From the NCBI GenBank assembly GCA_965235115.1, contig OZ249440.1, positions 33,606,001 to 33,670,000 on the forward strand: a stretch of DNA of 64,000 nucleotides, given 5' to 3'. The position numbers and the translations under genes were made by a program. This DNA comes from Laetmonice hystrix. Its lineage: Eukaryota. The notes under the pieces were generated by a model. That model was not told the DNA's origin, made no database searches, and saw only the letters and a list, made by a program, of their open reading frames with translations. Within the stretch, counting starts at the first letter, position 1. Each line of letters opens with the position of its first letter. Positions 11,030-22,733 of this stretch are shown in pieces.

Positions 11030-14000
11030 AAAGACAGATTATCACATTTAGAGGCTACCACCTTAATGTTTGCACAGGAACATAGGATGGATCTGTCAAT
11101 GATTCCCCACATGATTGAGTATGCCAAGTGTATGGCTCGAGAAAGTGCCATATTACAGCAATTGAAGATGTCTAGAAGTACAGCTACATAAAGCTTAACG
11201 AGGACCTTGGGTCGCTCTACAAACGAAACTAGTGTATGATTTGAGGCGCTCATACTTCTCAATCAATGTAGATGAGTGCACAAACAATGCACACAAACAT
11301 ATCCTTGAGGTAAAAAATTATACAATACTATTCAGAAGATGATGACATTGTTGTATATAGGCACTACAAGGCATTTGAACTACTCCATGTTACTGCTTAG
11401 ATCAGTTCCCAGTTGATGACATTACATTTTCCAATGTGATATCTGCGCCGACTGACTCTGCATCCTATAATGCAAAGCGAGGGTGAGGGCTTTGTGAGTA
11501 AACTGAGGGCAGTGGCACCAAACATAGTGCTTATTGGTGGAGACTCATGCCATATTGTGCATAATGTGTGTGGTTGCTTTGACAACCAGTATGTTACTGT
11601 GAGATGATGTCTTTCAGGAAATGCATTACTCAGTAAATACGAGGGACCATTTGGAAAAACTGTGCAAAGAGGTTACACATGAAAAGTATCTAAAGCCTAA
11701 GGAGAGGTTTTCCCATCGTTGGCTCTGCATACTTGATTGTATAAATATTTTGTTGGACAAGTCTCTTTTGTACTGGCCCTGGTTGCCCTGGTTACCAGCA
11801 GAGCATAGAGAGAAGCAGACAATTTTGAGGCAATATCGTGCTCTGAAGCCTGACAATATGACCAATTATGAGCAGGCCAGGTTACTTCAATCTATTCGTT
11901 TGGAGGCTGCTATCAAAACTTGTACCAAAGAATGGGGGGGGGGGGGGGGAGAGGAGGGCAAGGATAGGTGAGACATTGTGGCTAGTAGTAGTAGTTTATT
12001 GACCAAACTGGTCCAAAACAATACAAATGCTTAGAAACAATAGGGTGATCGCAGTTCTTCGAATACTGACCACAAACTGGTGTTACAATTACACAATTCA
12101 AGTGGCTCCAACCACATTAGAGGCCCTATAGGCCTAAGAGCTTTCAAAATACAATAGGATTTCATGGATACACTTAAACTGCTCAACAGTGTGCGCTTTT
12201 ATGACAAAATCTGGGTATATGACAGGAGACGAATTATATCTCTGCCTGATATTATTTACAAGAGGGCATACCTGTATAACATGGGGTCTTGTACAGCCCC
12301 ACAAGCACACAGTCTATTTTCTCTTGGGGTTCGAGACCACCGCCCCGTTTTTATTTTGAGCCGATGGGAGGACAGTCGCAGGGAGGACAGTCGCAGAGAT
12401 GTAAAAGACATCCTTAAATATTCTGGGATGTACCGTTTATCACAATTCAAATAAACATTATGAACTGAGAGGGAAGGGTTAATGGTTTTATACGTAAGAA
12501 ATTTTGATTTGTCCGATCCCTGTATTCTTTCCTTTAGGTTAATCATCCCTAAAGCACTATAGTCATCAGATCGGGTCACCATATCAATAACATTTCCCAT
12601 TTCGGTACGGTTATAACGAGCCAGCTCAATAGCAAACATCAGTGGATCATCAAGCAAACCTACTCTTGATTCAATCATTTTCCTGAAAAACAATCTTTGT
12701 CTCTCTAAGACGAAGAATTTAAGAGGTGGGTACCCTACTTCCGCAAGGCATAAGTCATTCGCGGTCGTAGACCGAACTCCCAAAAGTGCCTTTATTGCTG
12801 CGTGGTATATTTTGTCCATCTCCTTGAGGCCACCCCCTAACCAACTTTCACACCCATACATAAACGCTGCATCTAGAACTTTCTTCTTCACTATAAAGGG
12901 CATATCTATATTACGTCTGAAAAAAACAGGAAACTTCAGGAGATGTTTCTTAACACTCTTAACATCTGTTCTAATTTTCCCATCACATGTAAAGATACTC
13001 CCTAAGTAAGTATATGTTTTGCAATGTTGAATAGCCAGCGACGCGTCCCCATCTATGACTATTGTTTGCCTATCAGCAGCACTACCATTTATAGCCATAA
13101 ATTTAGTTTTACCTTCATTTATTACCATACCTGTTGATTCACAGAACTCTTTCAAAATCACTATTTTCTCTGTGGCCTTCTTGCGTGTAGTGGCTAGTAT
13201 TACTGTATCATCCATTAACATTAGTACATGCAGCCACCGTAATAACCCATCCATACCACACTTATCTTTATATCTACGAATCGGGTCATTAACATAAACA
13301 GTGAATAAGAAACATGAGGTCGGCGACCCTTGCCGTACTCCTATGACAGCCGTGATCACGGCCGTTCCTAAAATGCTATAGGACACATGATATAATGATG
13401 CTATGGCACTCAACATAACCATGCCACATCCTAGGTGTTTTAACGTGTTTAACAATGTAACTCTTGGAACCCGGTCGTAGGCCTTTGAAAAATCCACGAA
13501 TGTAACAAATAACTTCTGGCGCTTTCGTAAGCAAACATCCATAATTAATCTTAAAGTCACAATGTGCTCTAAGCAGCCCCGCCTCGGCAACGCCCCTGCC
13601 TGTTCCCGGTCCGGGGTAAACCATCTCATGAGTCGGTTACATAACACGTAGTCATATATCTTAGCCACGTTGTTAATAATACTGATGCCTCTGTAATTGC
13701 CGCAACAAGCTTTATCTCCCTTCTTAAAGATCATTATTAATTTTGCATACAACCATGCTACAGGGTATCCTGTAAAGAAAATGACATTCAAAAGAGTGGT
13801 TATAAATGCGATCCACGGGTCAGTAAGTAGCTTGAAGACCCCGGGGCATATTCCATCTGGACCACAGCTTTTTTCTGGCTTGAGGTGCTTTTCTATCACA
13901 TGTAAAACTTCCCCTGGGTCGATAGGATCGTCCAATACTGGTATCGAAACATTAGTAACACAATCATCTGGCCGAAGTGGATCGGTGCCCACAGGGTTCA

Positions 14001-14330
14001 ATAAATCCTCGAAATGATCCTTAAACATTTGGTCCGAAGGGACTACATCAGGTTTGATACCATATTCCCCCTTCCAATTTATTGACTGCTACATAGAGCA
14101 CAAACACTGACACACTTGTATTTCTATTCAGCTGTGCTGAAAATTTCTACATCTACATCCAGACCTTCCAGGAGTGAGCCACAAGCTGTATGATGAACAA
14201 GAAAGATTGCTGAGATAATTTCTCTTACGGCTTCTGAAACCTGAGGAGGTAACCAAAACTGGCCTGCTGGAAATCAATGTGAGCAAGGAGGCTACCCGCT
14301 TCCATCTCCCCCTCCATGAGACGGCAATGA
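11030..14330 (+). pseudogene. Decayed hAT-like DDE transposase, split by a LINE insertion (11983-14090)
   Basis: Fragments LKMSRSTAT, FSINVDECTN, GGDSCHIVHN, LKPKERFSHRWL, then LYFYSAVL..HKLYDEQERLL resuming after 14090. Multiple stops. Confidence 0.6.
11983..14090 (-). mobile_element. 5'-truncated non-LTR retrotransposon (RT with LMDD motif; RTE/Proto2-like, clade uncertain)
   Basis: 590-aa ORF 12256-14028 with GPDGI, NYRGISI, VDFSKAYD, GVRQGSPTS, LMLMDD, YTYLG. AATAAA plus (TAC)n tail at 11983-12000. Confidence 0.88.
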
Positions 14331-15559
14331 GGGACTTGTGTTACCGTCTTTTCCGCGTGGCCACAGCACTATTCCTCTATGAATCTACTTTTTTAGGTGC
14401 ACTGTGGCCTTTCGCACCCTTTCTCTTTTCTGTAGATGATTTTACTTCGGGGTTCACTGAAGGGAAGTAGGATGGATAATATTGTACACATAGTATGCTG
14501 CAATGTAATATGCGTTATGCTTCAACTAGATCTCCAGAGTCACATACACGAACATCATCAACAAACACCATCAGTATGATTACTGATAAAATGGCTGTAC
14601 TTCTGGCAACGTCCAGTCCGTTTTTGCCACCAAAATAAGCTTTTTCAGGATACCATTTTTTTCTGTTATATGTTGCTGAATTGACTCCCCATTATCTGAA
14701 AGGAAATTTAGCATTTCCTGTTGTTCCTCTTGCAATAGGCCAACATTCTTTAACAGGGTTTCCACAGAAATCTGATAAATCAATTCCGTGACTTTTCTAT
14801 GAGCTTTCCATGATGAATTACTATCTGACTTTTGAACATGACAAAAATCATGATGTGAGAATAATTACAAGACGCCACACAAAGTATAGTGCAAAAATAT
14901 TAATAAATACAGACCTGAAAACGGTTGGAAGACTGCCATAGCCAGGGACAACAAATTACACGAGTATCGTTATCGTCGATTCCATTACTTTTTGCTTTGA
15001 ACTTTACCTTTCCGTGACTTTCTTTTGAAAATTCCACTTTTCCATGACTTTCCATAGTTGTTTTTCTCTAGGATTTCAAGGAATTCAAGGGATTTTTAAC
15101 ACTGCTGTTTAACCATGGGTATTCATCAAGCGTTTCTTTGATTGACATATTTTCTATAACGATTTGGTGCCTTCTGTCACACAAGTTTCTAACAACATGT
15201 TCCTTTCTTCTCATCGTAGGGGCTGACTGCAACCACCCCTTGTGCTCCTTTGGTCATCTTCTCGTTGGCACACACTGAGGTATATGAAGAAGCTTGGGCC
15301 GTTTCTGTCAAAGGTTCAAGCTCCATTCTCCTGGCTTGCATGGCCTCGATCTTTAAATCTCTCATTGTGTTTTGGAATTCTAAGACATTTTCTCCACGGA
15401 CTCTCTAGAAAAAAAAAGAATTATAAAGAGCCCAAGAATAAATTTTTATTATATTGTTCAGGGATGTATGTTTTCATGAAATTTCAGGATATCAGGATTT
15501 AAATAAAAAGCGTTTGGGAATATTTTTAAAATCTCAAAAAGAGCCAAGCTATAGAGGCC

Positions 15560-15910
15560 AATTGTACGTTTTCAGGGACTCTGACCCATATACCTATGTA
15601 CGCACTAGATGCTACAGCTATGGACATCTTGAATGCATTGGCGATTCCAATCAGGGCCAATTGGTCCCCCCATTCATTTGTCCGCAGCCCCGTCAGAAAG
15701 TTTTCGCACGTCATGCCATGCACAAAGTCTGCGAAGGACACTCCATTTTCCAGTAACGGATTGCACTCAAGCCATGTTGCGGCACGTTCCCTTACTTCAG
15801 ATTGATGAACTAGACGGCCCAAAATGACCGATAAACTTTGGCCGCCTGCACGGAACATGCAACATGCAACTTCCGTCCTTTGGTGTGTCACCTTCGGGGA
15901 TGAGATTTAA
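15560..15910 (-). pseudogene. OTU-like cysteine protease domain fragment
   Basis: GDTPKDGSCM|FRA (broken by a small duplication of gcatgtt), VRERAATWL, WGDQLALIGIANAF..IAVASS match the OTU Cys-loop and WG motifs. Confidence 0.7.
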
Positions 15911-15999
15911 CATTAACGCATTGGACACCAAAGAGTCATACTTTGTATCGTTATCCAGATCACCTTCAATGGTACTCGATGTCAGTTTAGCGATACATC

Positions 16000-17620
16000 A
16001 TGAGCAAAAAGACTTCAACCTTCAATGACAATTCCTTAAATGAAAAAATCATGAGTAGCTCCAATCCTGTAGAACAAAAAAGGCTTGGTAGGGCGGTCAC
16101 GAATTATGACGTGCATATCCGTAAGGAGTGGTGGCGCATGTATAGGGCGGAAGAGACTAAAAAGGCTAAGCCGGAAAACGTGGGACATACCATTGTTTTC
16201 GATAGAAACAAACGCCAGATTCTACGAGATGGGAAAGTGATTGATAGTTTCAGGGCGGGTTTCTAGGATGCCAGAGTAAGAACGTTCTTACTATTTTATC
16301 ATGGAATATAAATGCTGTACATAATAAACTCGAAAATGCGTGCATACAGGAGTATTTACATAATGTGGATATAATATGTCTCAACAAAATTAAGACACCG
16401 TTAGATGTCAGATGTTAGATTAGTAGCGGGATATGTCGGTTGGACGAGTGGTGGTAGAGATAAGCATCGTGGTGGTTGTGCGGTACTGATCAAGAACTAT
16501 CTCGCACAGGACATAACATATTGTTGTGGGCACGGCCCATCGATATTAATGTCTTTTATTAGTATATTAATTGTTCATTGTATTTTAATCATGTATTGTA
16601 TGTATTGTATTATTGTAGATCTATATCAATTGTATATTTGCCAATTATTATATTGTAATGTATATATTAACGGTAGTATTTAGAGTGTGTGTATGATGGA
16701 AACCTATACTGGCCTCCTCCATGTATTCCGGTAAGTCGAGTATCGAGGATGTGGGAGAAAAGGTAGCGGCGAACCGGAAGTATCGGATAAGCTGGCATGA
16801 GTTGACACGCAATAGCCGCCCCGTTCCCCTGGTCACTTGCTGGGAGGTCCTACAGCCACCTGGGGGTCATGACCGACCCCCGAAGCGCTGGCCTCCTGGC
16901 GATAGGAAGTGCCAGACGGATCCTGCGGGGAGGTGTCACGCTGTGGTCAGGCCGCTTACCCAATTGCTTCCCGCAGATATCCTGCGTCTCTCCGGGGTCA
17001 TGGCCGGGCACTGGCGCGCGGAGGAACGGCTTTGGCCTGCGGGGGTGACGTAAGGGTATACCCATCCCCACAGTATGGGCACGGCTGGGAAGGACCGGAT
17101 GCTGGAGAACCAATAAATAGGGGACCCATCATGTAGTTCAGATAGATTAGTTTTGGATTTCAATTCGGTTTTGGATTTCAATTCGGATCAGTCCTGAGTT
17201 CAGCTCAGTTCTGAGTTGGATAATTAGATAGAGAGTTGGTAGGCGAGAGGCTGAGGATGCGATTGTAGTTGGAGATTGATAATACAACCATCACGGAAAA
17301 CCAGCTCGTTTATGTTGTGATTTGGGGGACTGCAACAATGTGTAGATAATTCGAGCTCCGACTATACATGTCTTCAGTTCAAATCCATGCCTGAAATTCA
17401 TTTTGTTAGCTGGTACTTACCACCAAGTGATTCGCCATACTACACCATGGATAATATCTCCCGTATAAGCGCCCTGATAGAGTCACATCCTGACCACCAG
17501 TTCATTATCATTGGAGATGTTAATTGTCGTTTTGGAAAATTGCGACAGTCCTTCATCAGTGACAAGCCGGTAGCAAAATCATGGTACTACGACGCTATCG
17601 ATGCTGACGTCATACAGCAA
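16000..17620 (+). mobile_element. LINE 5' fragment: ORF1 C-terminus plus ORF2 AP endonuclease, interrupted by a solo LTR
   Basis: TILSWNINAV, GGCAVLIKN, DITY|VDNSS (rejoins in frame after LTR removal), WYLPPSDSPYY, IIIGDVNCRFG. Confidence 0.8.
16522..17337. mobile_element. Solo LTR (816 bp)
   Basis: TGTTG...CAACA termini, near 4-bp TSD (ATAT/ATGT). Excision restores the endonuclease reading frame. Confidence 0.8.
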
Positions 17621-17964
17621 GTGTCTCAGAAAATGAGGGCGTCCCCTTAAAGTTGTTGTGGCTGCCGTTCCCATGGTATTTTTAAAAATTCATATCTTAC
17701 GCGTTTGCTTGGAAGCAAAAGTGCGGGAATCCTTCGGCATTGCTGGAGATTTTTACAAATTCATATCTCACGCGTTTGTGGACCTAAAATTACCAAAATT
17801 TCACAGATGAAATATTAAATTATATTGAACAAGGAAATCTTTAGTTTTAAAATCGATTCTGGTCTCCTTTAAAGCAGATGCAGCAGGCCCAAAGGAAAAT
17901 ATTTTATGGGGCTTTTGTTCCGTCAATTTCTAATGATTATGTTGCTTTATATTTTCTTTGAAAG

Positions 17965-19740
17965 GTACTACAAATTCTTTGTCATATGGGGAGATAAAAA
18001 ACGTGTAATTACTTCAACACCACTTTGCTTGGAAGCAAAAGTGCGGGAATCCTTTGGCATTGCTGGAGATGTTTTGCTAGATCTCCGTTTGTACATTAAA
18101 GATTTGGAGGACTATGCAAGTTATGATGATAGTTTCATCAGTTTCCTTGAAGAAAAGGGATTTACCAAAATGGAACTTTGGCTAAGTGAGAAATCGGGGC
18201 AACTTGCAGATGCTGCTGAATGTCAATACAGAAGCCCGTCCCCTTGCCAGTCAGCTGAAAGTCAGGCCTTAGCATGGTCAAATCAGTCCTCGTCCCACTC
18301 GGCTAGACCAAGTCAATCCTCGTCCCATGCGGCTGGACCAAGTCAGTCCTCGTCCCACTCGACGTCCAGGCAATTAAGGTATCCGTCTCATTATGCCTTC
18401 TATACAGATGGCTCAAAGGATGGCAGTGATGTGTCTGCGTCTGCAGTTCATGGCAAGCACAACTTCGGCACCCGCATCTCAGGGCAAAGTTCCATCTTCT
18501 CAGCAGAGCCAGAGGCCCGGGCCCTGCTTCTTGCCCTTCAAAATATTGAAGTTTCTAGTGAAAAGGACTTCCTCATTTTCTCGGATTCCTTATCCTGTCT
18601 GCAAGCACTTGCTAACTTGAACACAGATCACCCAGTGATCATTCAAATCTTGTCCAAGTTGGCAGTGCTTGCCAATACAAACTTTGATATTCACTTTTGC
18701 TGGGTGCCTGGTCATGTTGGCATCCCGGGCAATGAGCAAGCTGACAGAACTGCCAAGAGGGCTCTTGAAACAGACGTCGAACTGTGTCCAATCCCAGCCT
18801 CTGACCTCAGACCTACCATCTGGGCATACATTAACAACAAATGGCAGGCCGAATGGGATGAACAACCAAACAATAAATTGTATCAGATCAGTCCCATCGT
18901 AAACCAAAGGTATTATCATGGCCTAACCCAACGGAGGCATGAAATTGTTTTTACTCGATGCAGAGTTGGTCATTCTAGATTAACCCATTTGTTTTTATTG
19001 AAGGGGGAGCCACCTCCAGAATGTTATGGCTGTCAGTGTCCTTTGACACTGAAGCATCTTTTACTCGAATGTGGTGATTTTACTCTCATCAGACAAAGGT
19101 TTTATAATGAGACGAGTCTTTTTAGCAATATCAGACCAGGAGTGATTTTAGAGTTCTTGTCAGAAGCTGGACTTCTGACTCTTTTGTAGATGTGTTTTGG
19201 TGGTGTTCCCGTTGGGACCCGGGATAAAATAGGTTCCTTTGGTTTTATGGTCTTATAACTTCTTTTCGCCGTGAAGATGGCCCCGGATGCCGACACGGCG
19301 CAAAACCACCACTACTCACTTGCTCCTCGTCCCACTCAGCTGGATCAAGTCAGTCCTCATCCCACTCGGATGAACTCTCAAAGAAGTAAGTCAGTCCTCA
19401 TCCCACTCGGATGAACTCTCAAAGAAGTGAGTGTCCATGTACATATTTGTTCTTAGCATGTATGTAGGCCTACCACTTTGCTTTTTTCACTATTAACATG
19501 AAATTAAAGACATTGACAATTTTTTCTCCACACCATAGACATGCCACTTACTACAGATTGGTTAATATAAATGTTTATCTTTCATTTGGTTCTTACAGAA
19601 GACAGAAAGATAAGGCATTGAACTTCTTGGCAAAGTCTACCGTGGTCAAACTACAAGGTGGACAGGAAATCGGTTCCTCTGATAAGAAGAAGATTCTAGA
19701 GGCCACATACCACTCTTGCATCAATCTGGGAATGTTGTAA
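17965..19740 (+). other. Spliced coding exons of unknown protein (possibly a DNA-transposon accessory gene), interrupted by a LINE 3' fragment
   Basis: Acceptor ttctttgaaag before 17965; open frame FFVIWGDKKRVI...SSSHS repeats; donor near gaagtgagt ~19427. Further exon after ttcttacag ~19599 (QKDKALNFLAK...) ending at ttgtaagt. Confidence 0.4.
18361..19323 (+). mobile_element. 5'-truncated copy of the I/Nimb LINE (RNase H, CCHC, 3' UTR)
   Basis: High identity to 10050-10970. 14-bp TSD tcctcgtcccactc at 18347-18360 and 19324-19337. Confidence 0.93.
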
Positions 19741-19754
19741 GTTTAGCTTAAAGT

Positions 19755-19983
19755 TTTTAACGAAATTCCTTAAATCAGGACCAGTGGCACAGGCCAACAA
19801 TGCGTCAGACCACTAGCACTAGCTTAGTGACCGAGGTTTTTTATGCTTCGTGACCAAGGTTTTTTATACTCTTATCAGCAGCTCCCATCTAGGGCCCCTT
19901 TCACTCTTCAGTATTTTTACACTGTTTTTGCCGTGAAGATGGCCTTATGCCGACACAGCATAAAACCACCACTACTCACTCGC
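19755..19983 (+). mobile_element. 3' end of a related LINE subfamily
   Basis: gccgtgaagatggcc..atgccgacacagcataaaaccaccactactcact tail matches the family's 3' end; upstream UTR differs. Confidence 0.65.
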
Positions 19984-20215
19984 ATGGGCGTTGATACCTT
20001 ATGCAATGCGAATAAGTGCAGTAATCTTGGGGCCGGGGGTTCGATTCCACTAGTAGAGGACAAATTATTGGAGTTAGCGTCAGCACGAGATCAGACGTAA
20101 ACTCGACAAGTGGCGCAGTTGATGCTTTGTCTCAGGACACGGGTCAGTGGCTTTGTCCACGCGCTCGCAAGGAACAGCTGCAGAGTAGGGAATCGGTCAA
20201 AAAGGTCAAGGTCAA

Positions 20216-21425
20216 GTGAGGTCAGTGCCAAAAGGTTATGGTATTCCCACCCGTGCAAGTCATGGCAGTGTCAGCAAGGCCAGACAGTATAGGCACTGTG
20301 GCTATGAAAGACATTTTAGGTCTACATGTCCTGCTATCAGGAAACAGTGTGTAATCTGTCGGAATTGGAACAAAAGGGTGCATGAACTGGAGGAGTATGA
20401 TGGATATGAAGACCCTGAGAGTGATCATGAAGCATATCAGTGTGACACTGAACATCTATATATAGAAACTGTGAACAGCAAATACAGTAGTTTCCAGGAA
20501 TGGAGAGTTGAGGTGAAAGTTAATGGACGCAGACAGGTGTTCAAGATTGATACTGGGGCTGATGTTAACACACTACCCAAGAAGATTTTTGATCAGATGG
20601 CATCGCCGGAATATCCTTAGAGTAATGGCTTTGCATGAAAAAGTGCAAACGAGACAATTATGATTTGCATCTGGCTATACTTCAGTGGAGAAATTCACCA
20701 ATCAAAGGACTTGGATACTTGCCGGCTCAGCTGTCGGAAGGGAGAAGGACGAGATCAACTTTACCCACCACAACTACAACTGCTCAGCTGAGACCCAACC
20801 CGGTCACTGTAAATCTCACGGATGTGTTGGAACACAAACAACAGCAACAACAATACACTTACAATGCACATGCATCAACAGAAAGACACCTTTGAGGGAT
20901 GGAAACCATGTGCAGTGACGAACGTAAGGCCGGAACCAAGAGCATATGATGTTCAGCGGGATGGAAGAATATACAGGTGAAATAGGAGGGATATACGTCA
21001 AAAGAAAGAAATTCCCCATGACAACACCAAAACGAGTATGCCATGCTATCCACCCATAAGTGTTCAGCCACCACCTAAAAAGGGTACTGGAGTTACATTC
21101 CCTGATCAGCATTCAGTGACAGAGTAGTGTGAAAGCGTTGTATATTATTTTTAGTCTTGACATCATTTTCCATATATGGCATTTTGCTAGTCAAGATATC
21201 CATGTGTCAACCTATGTTTGGTTGAAAGATAAAGTTTTCAGTTAAAAGAGTATAGTATTGTACTTTATACGCTGGTTCATATTATGTCACTAAGCCTACA
21301 CTCGGCAATCAAACATCTCAAGGGAGGAGATATTAGGTGATCGGCCAAGTAGGCCTGTATTAGATTAATAAAAGCAAGCCTCGTTGTTGTATCCAACATG
21401 GCGAGTGTATAGTTAGTTCCTACAA
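20216..21425 (+). mobile_element. Internally deleted Gypsy remnant (zinc knuckle, protease, integrase C-terminus, probable 3' LTR)
   Basis: HCGY..H....CPAIRKQCVIC, FKIDTGADVN, LQWRNSP..PAQL..GRRTRSTLP. PPT-like aagggaggag at ~21320. Confidence 0.75.
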
Positions 21426-21559
21426 TGAGAGGCCCCGTCTGATGTGTATTATAAGCCCCAACATAACACTAATAGTCCATATTGTCTGTTGTTTGGGGCT
21501 TGGTGTGAACTACACCATTGTCCTTTAGCTTTATCATCTATGTTAATCATTATCTTAGT

Positions 21560-22733
21560 TGTCGGTCATATCTGTAGTGACGATAACAATATATTACAGG
21601 ATGGCTTGTCCTCTTTTGAGACATGCAAGTTTCTTCAAATTTTTCCCAAGTTTGAGAACAAGGGACAGTTTTTTAAATAAGGCCTGGCCACTCAAGGTTT
21701 TCTGCTCATCTGTCATACAGCAAAGTGCCTTTACTGCATCTACTATGTTGTCAAACTCTGATGGTTAAAGATGACTGTTTAACTCTAACAACAAACGTGC
21801 AGTGTTCCGTAGACTCCCACGAATATCTTGTATTCTGTCCTTTCCAAGTTTGTTGTAGAGGGTTGCACCAGACTTCATCAACAATGAATCTTTCTTCATC
21901 AAGACCTCTTTCTTGATTGAGACCTCATCTTGGTACATTCCTTCTAGGCACATTCCTTCTATAACGTCTGCTCTAAATTGGTGCTCAATATCGGTCTGGG
22001 CCCGTTTTTTTTGTTTACTTTTCCACCCTGAGCAAGCGTGAGCTGAGCTGAGCAATGGTGAGCAGAACCTCATGCTCACCGTTTTGCTCACTGTTTTCGT
22101 TTTTTGGGGTGTTTTTCCGCGAGCTTGCTTGCCATGAGCACACTTCATGGAAAAAAACAACCAAAAAAAGCACGAAAACGGTGAGAATGAGCTCATGCTC
22201 ATCCTTGCTCAGCTCAGCTCACCCTTGCTCACGGTGGAAAAGTAAACAAAAAAACCGGGCCCTGGTCATACAAGCCAGCGCCAGACGGCATCATTCAACC
22301 TTCTAACTTGAAATTACTTATGTGGTCCTGACTGACCTGGTCATGTGGTCCTCACTGACCTGGTCATCTCCTTTTTTTTCCTTACAGGTTCGAACGTGAC
22401 GCAATAGGTTATCTCCTACGTAGAAGACTAAACAATACTTGCATGGCAAATATGAGTCAGGCTCATGACTATCATTTCTGCGACCAATAAACCAGTTCTT
22501 GCTCAGAGAACTTGGATATGATGGTTGAAGTCTCCCAGGATCCTGAGCTTATCCAGCGTTTTACGCCTATTGACTTGTTTCTCTTGTTCTTCAGAAGATG
22601 GTGGAGCGAGACAAGCTGCTTCTGACTCGTCTTTGTGTTTCATGCATATATGAAGATATATCTTTGTGTCCAGTTTGCCGCAGAAAAAAAACAGGCATGT
22701 TTCTTGTGATAATCTGCCTTTCACTTTCTGCAC
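21560..22733 (-). pseudogene. Fragment of an uncharacterised Zn-finger protein of the type associated with tyrosine-recombinase (Crypton-like) repeats
   Basis: C..CGK....HI..KHKDESE...TLDKLRILGDFNHHIQVL and KDSLLMKSGATLYNKLGKDRIQDIRGSLRNTARLL resemble, from memory, this repeat-encoded family. No catalytic YR domain seen. Confidence 0.45.
21999..22261. mobile_element. PIF/Harbinger-type MITE
   Basis: Long TIRs ggcccgttttt...gagctgagc / gctcagctc...aaaaccgggcc. 3-bp TSD CTG at 21996-21998 and 22262-22264. Confidence 0.88.

Noticed and set aside
19207..19240. Twister ribozyme (P4 plus AUAAAA resemblance)
   Set aside because: Lacks the L4 AAGC-type residues, the upstream UAA cleavage loop and P1/P2.
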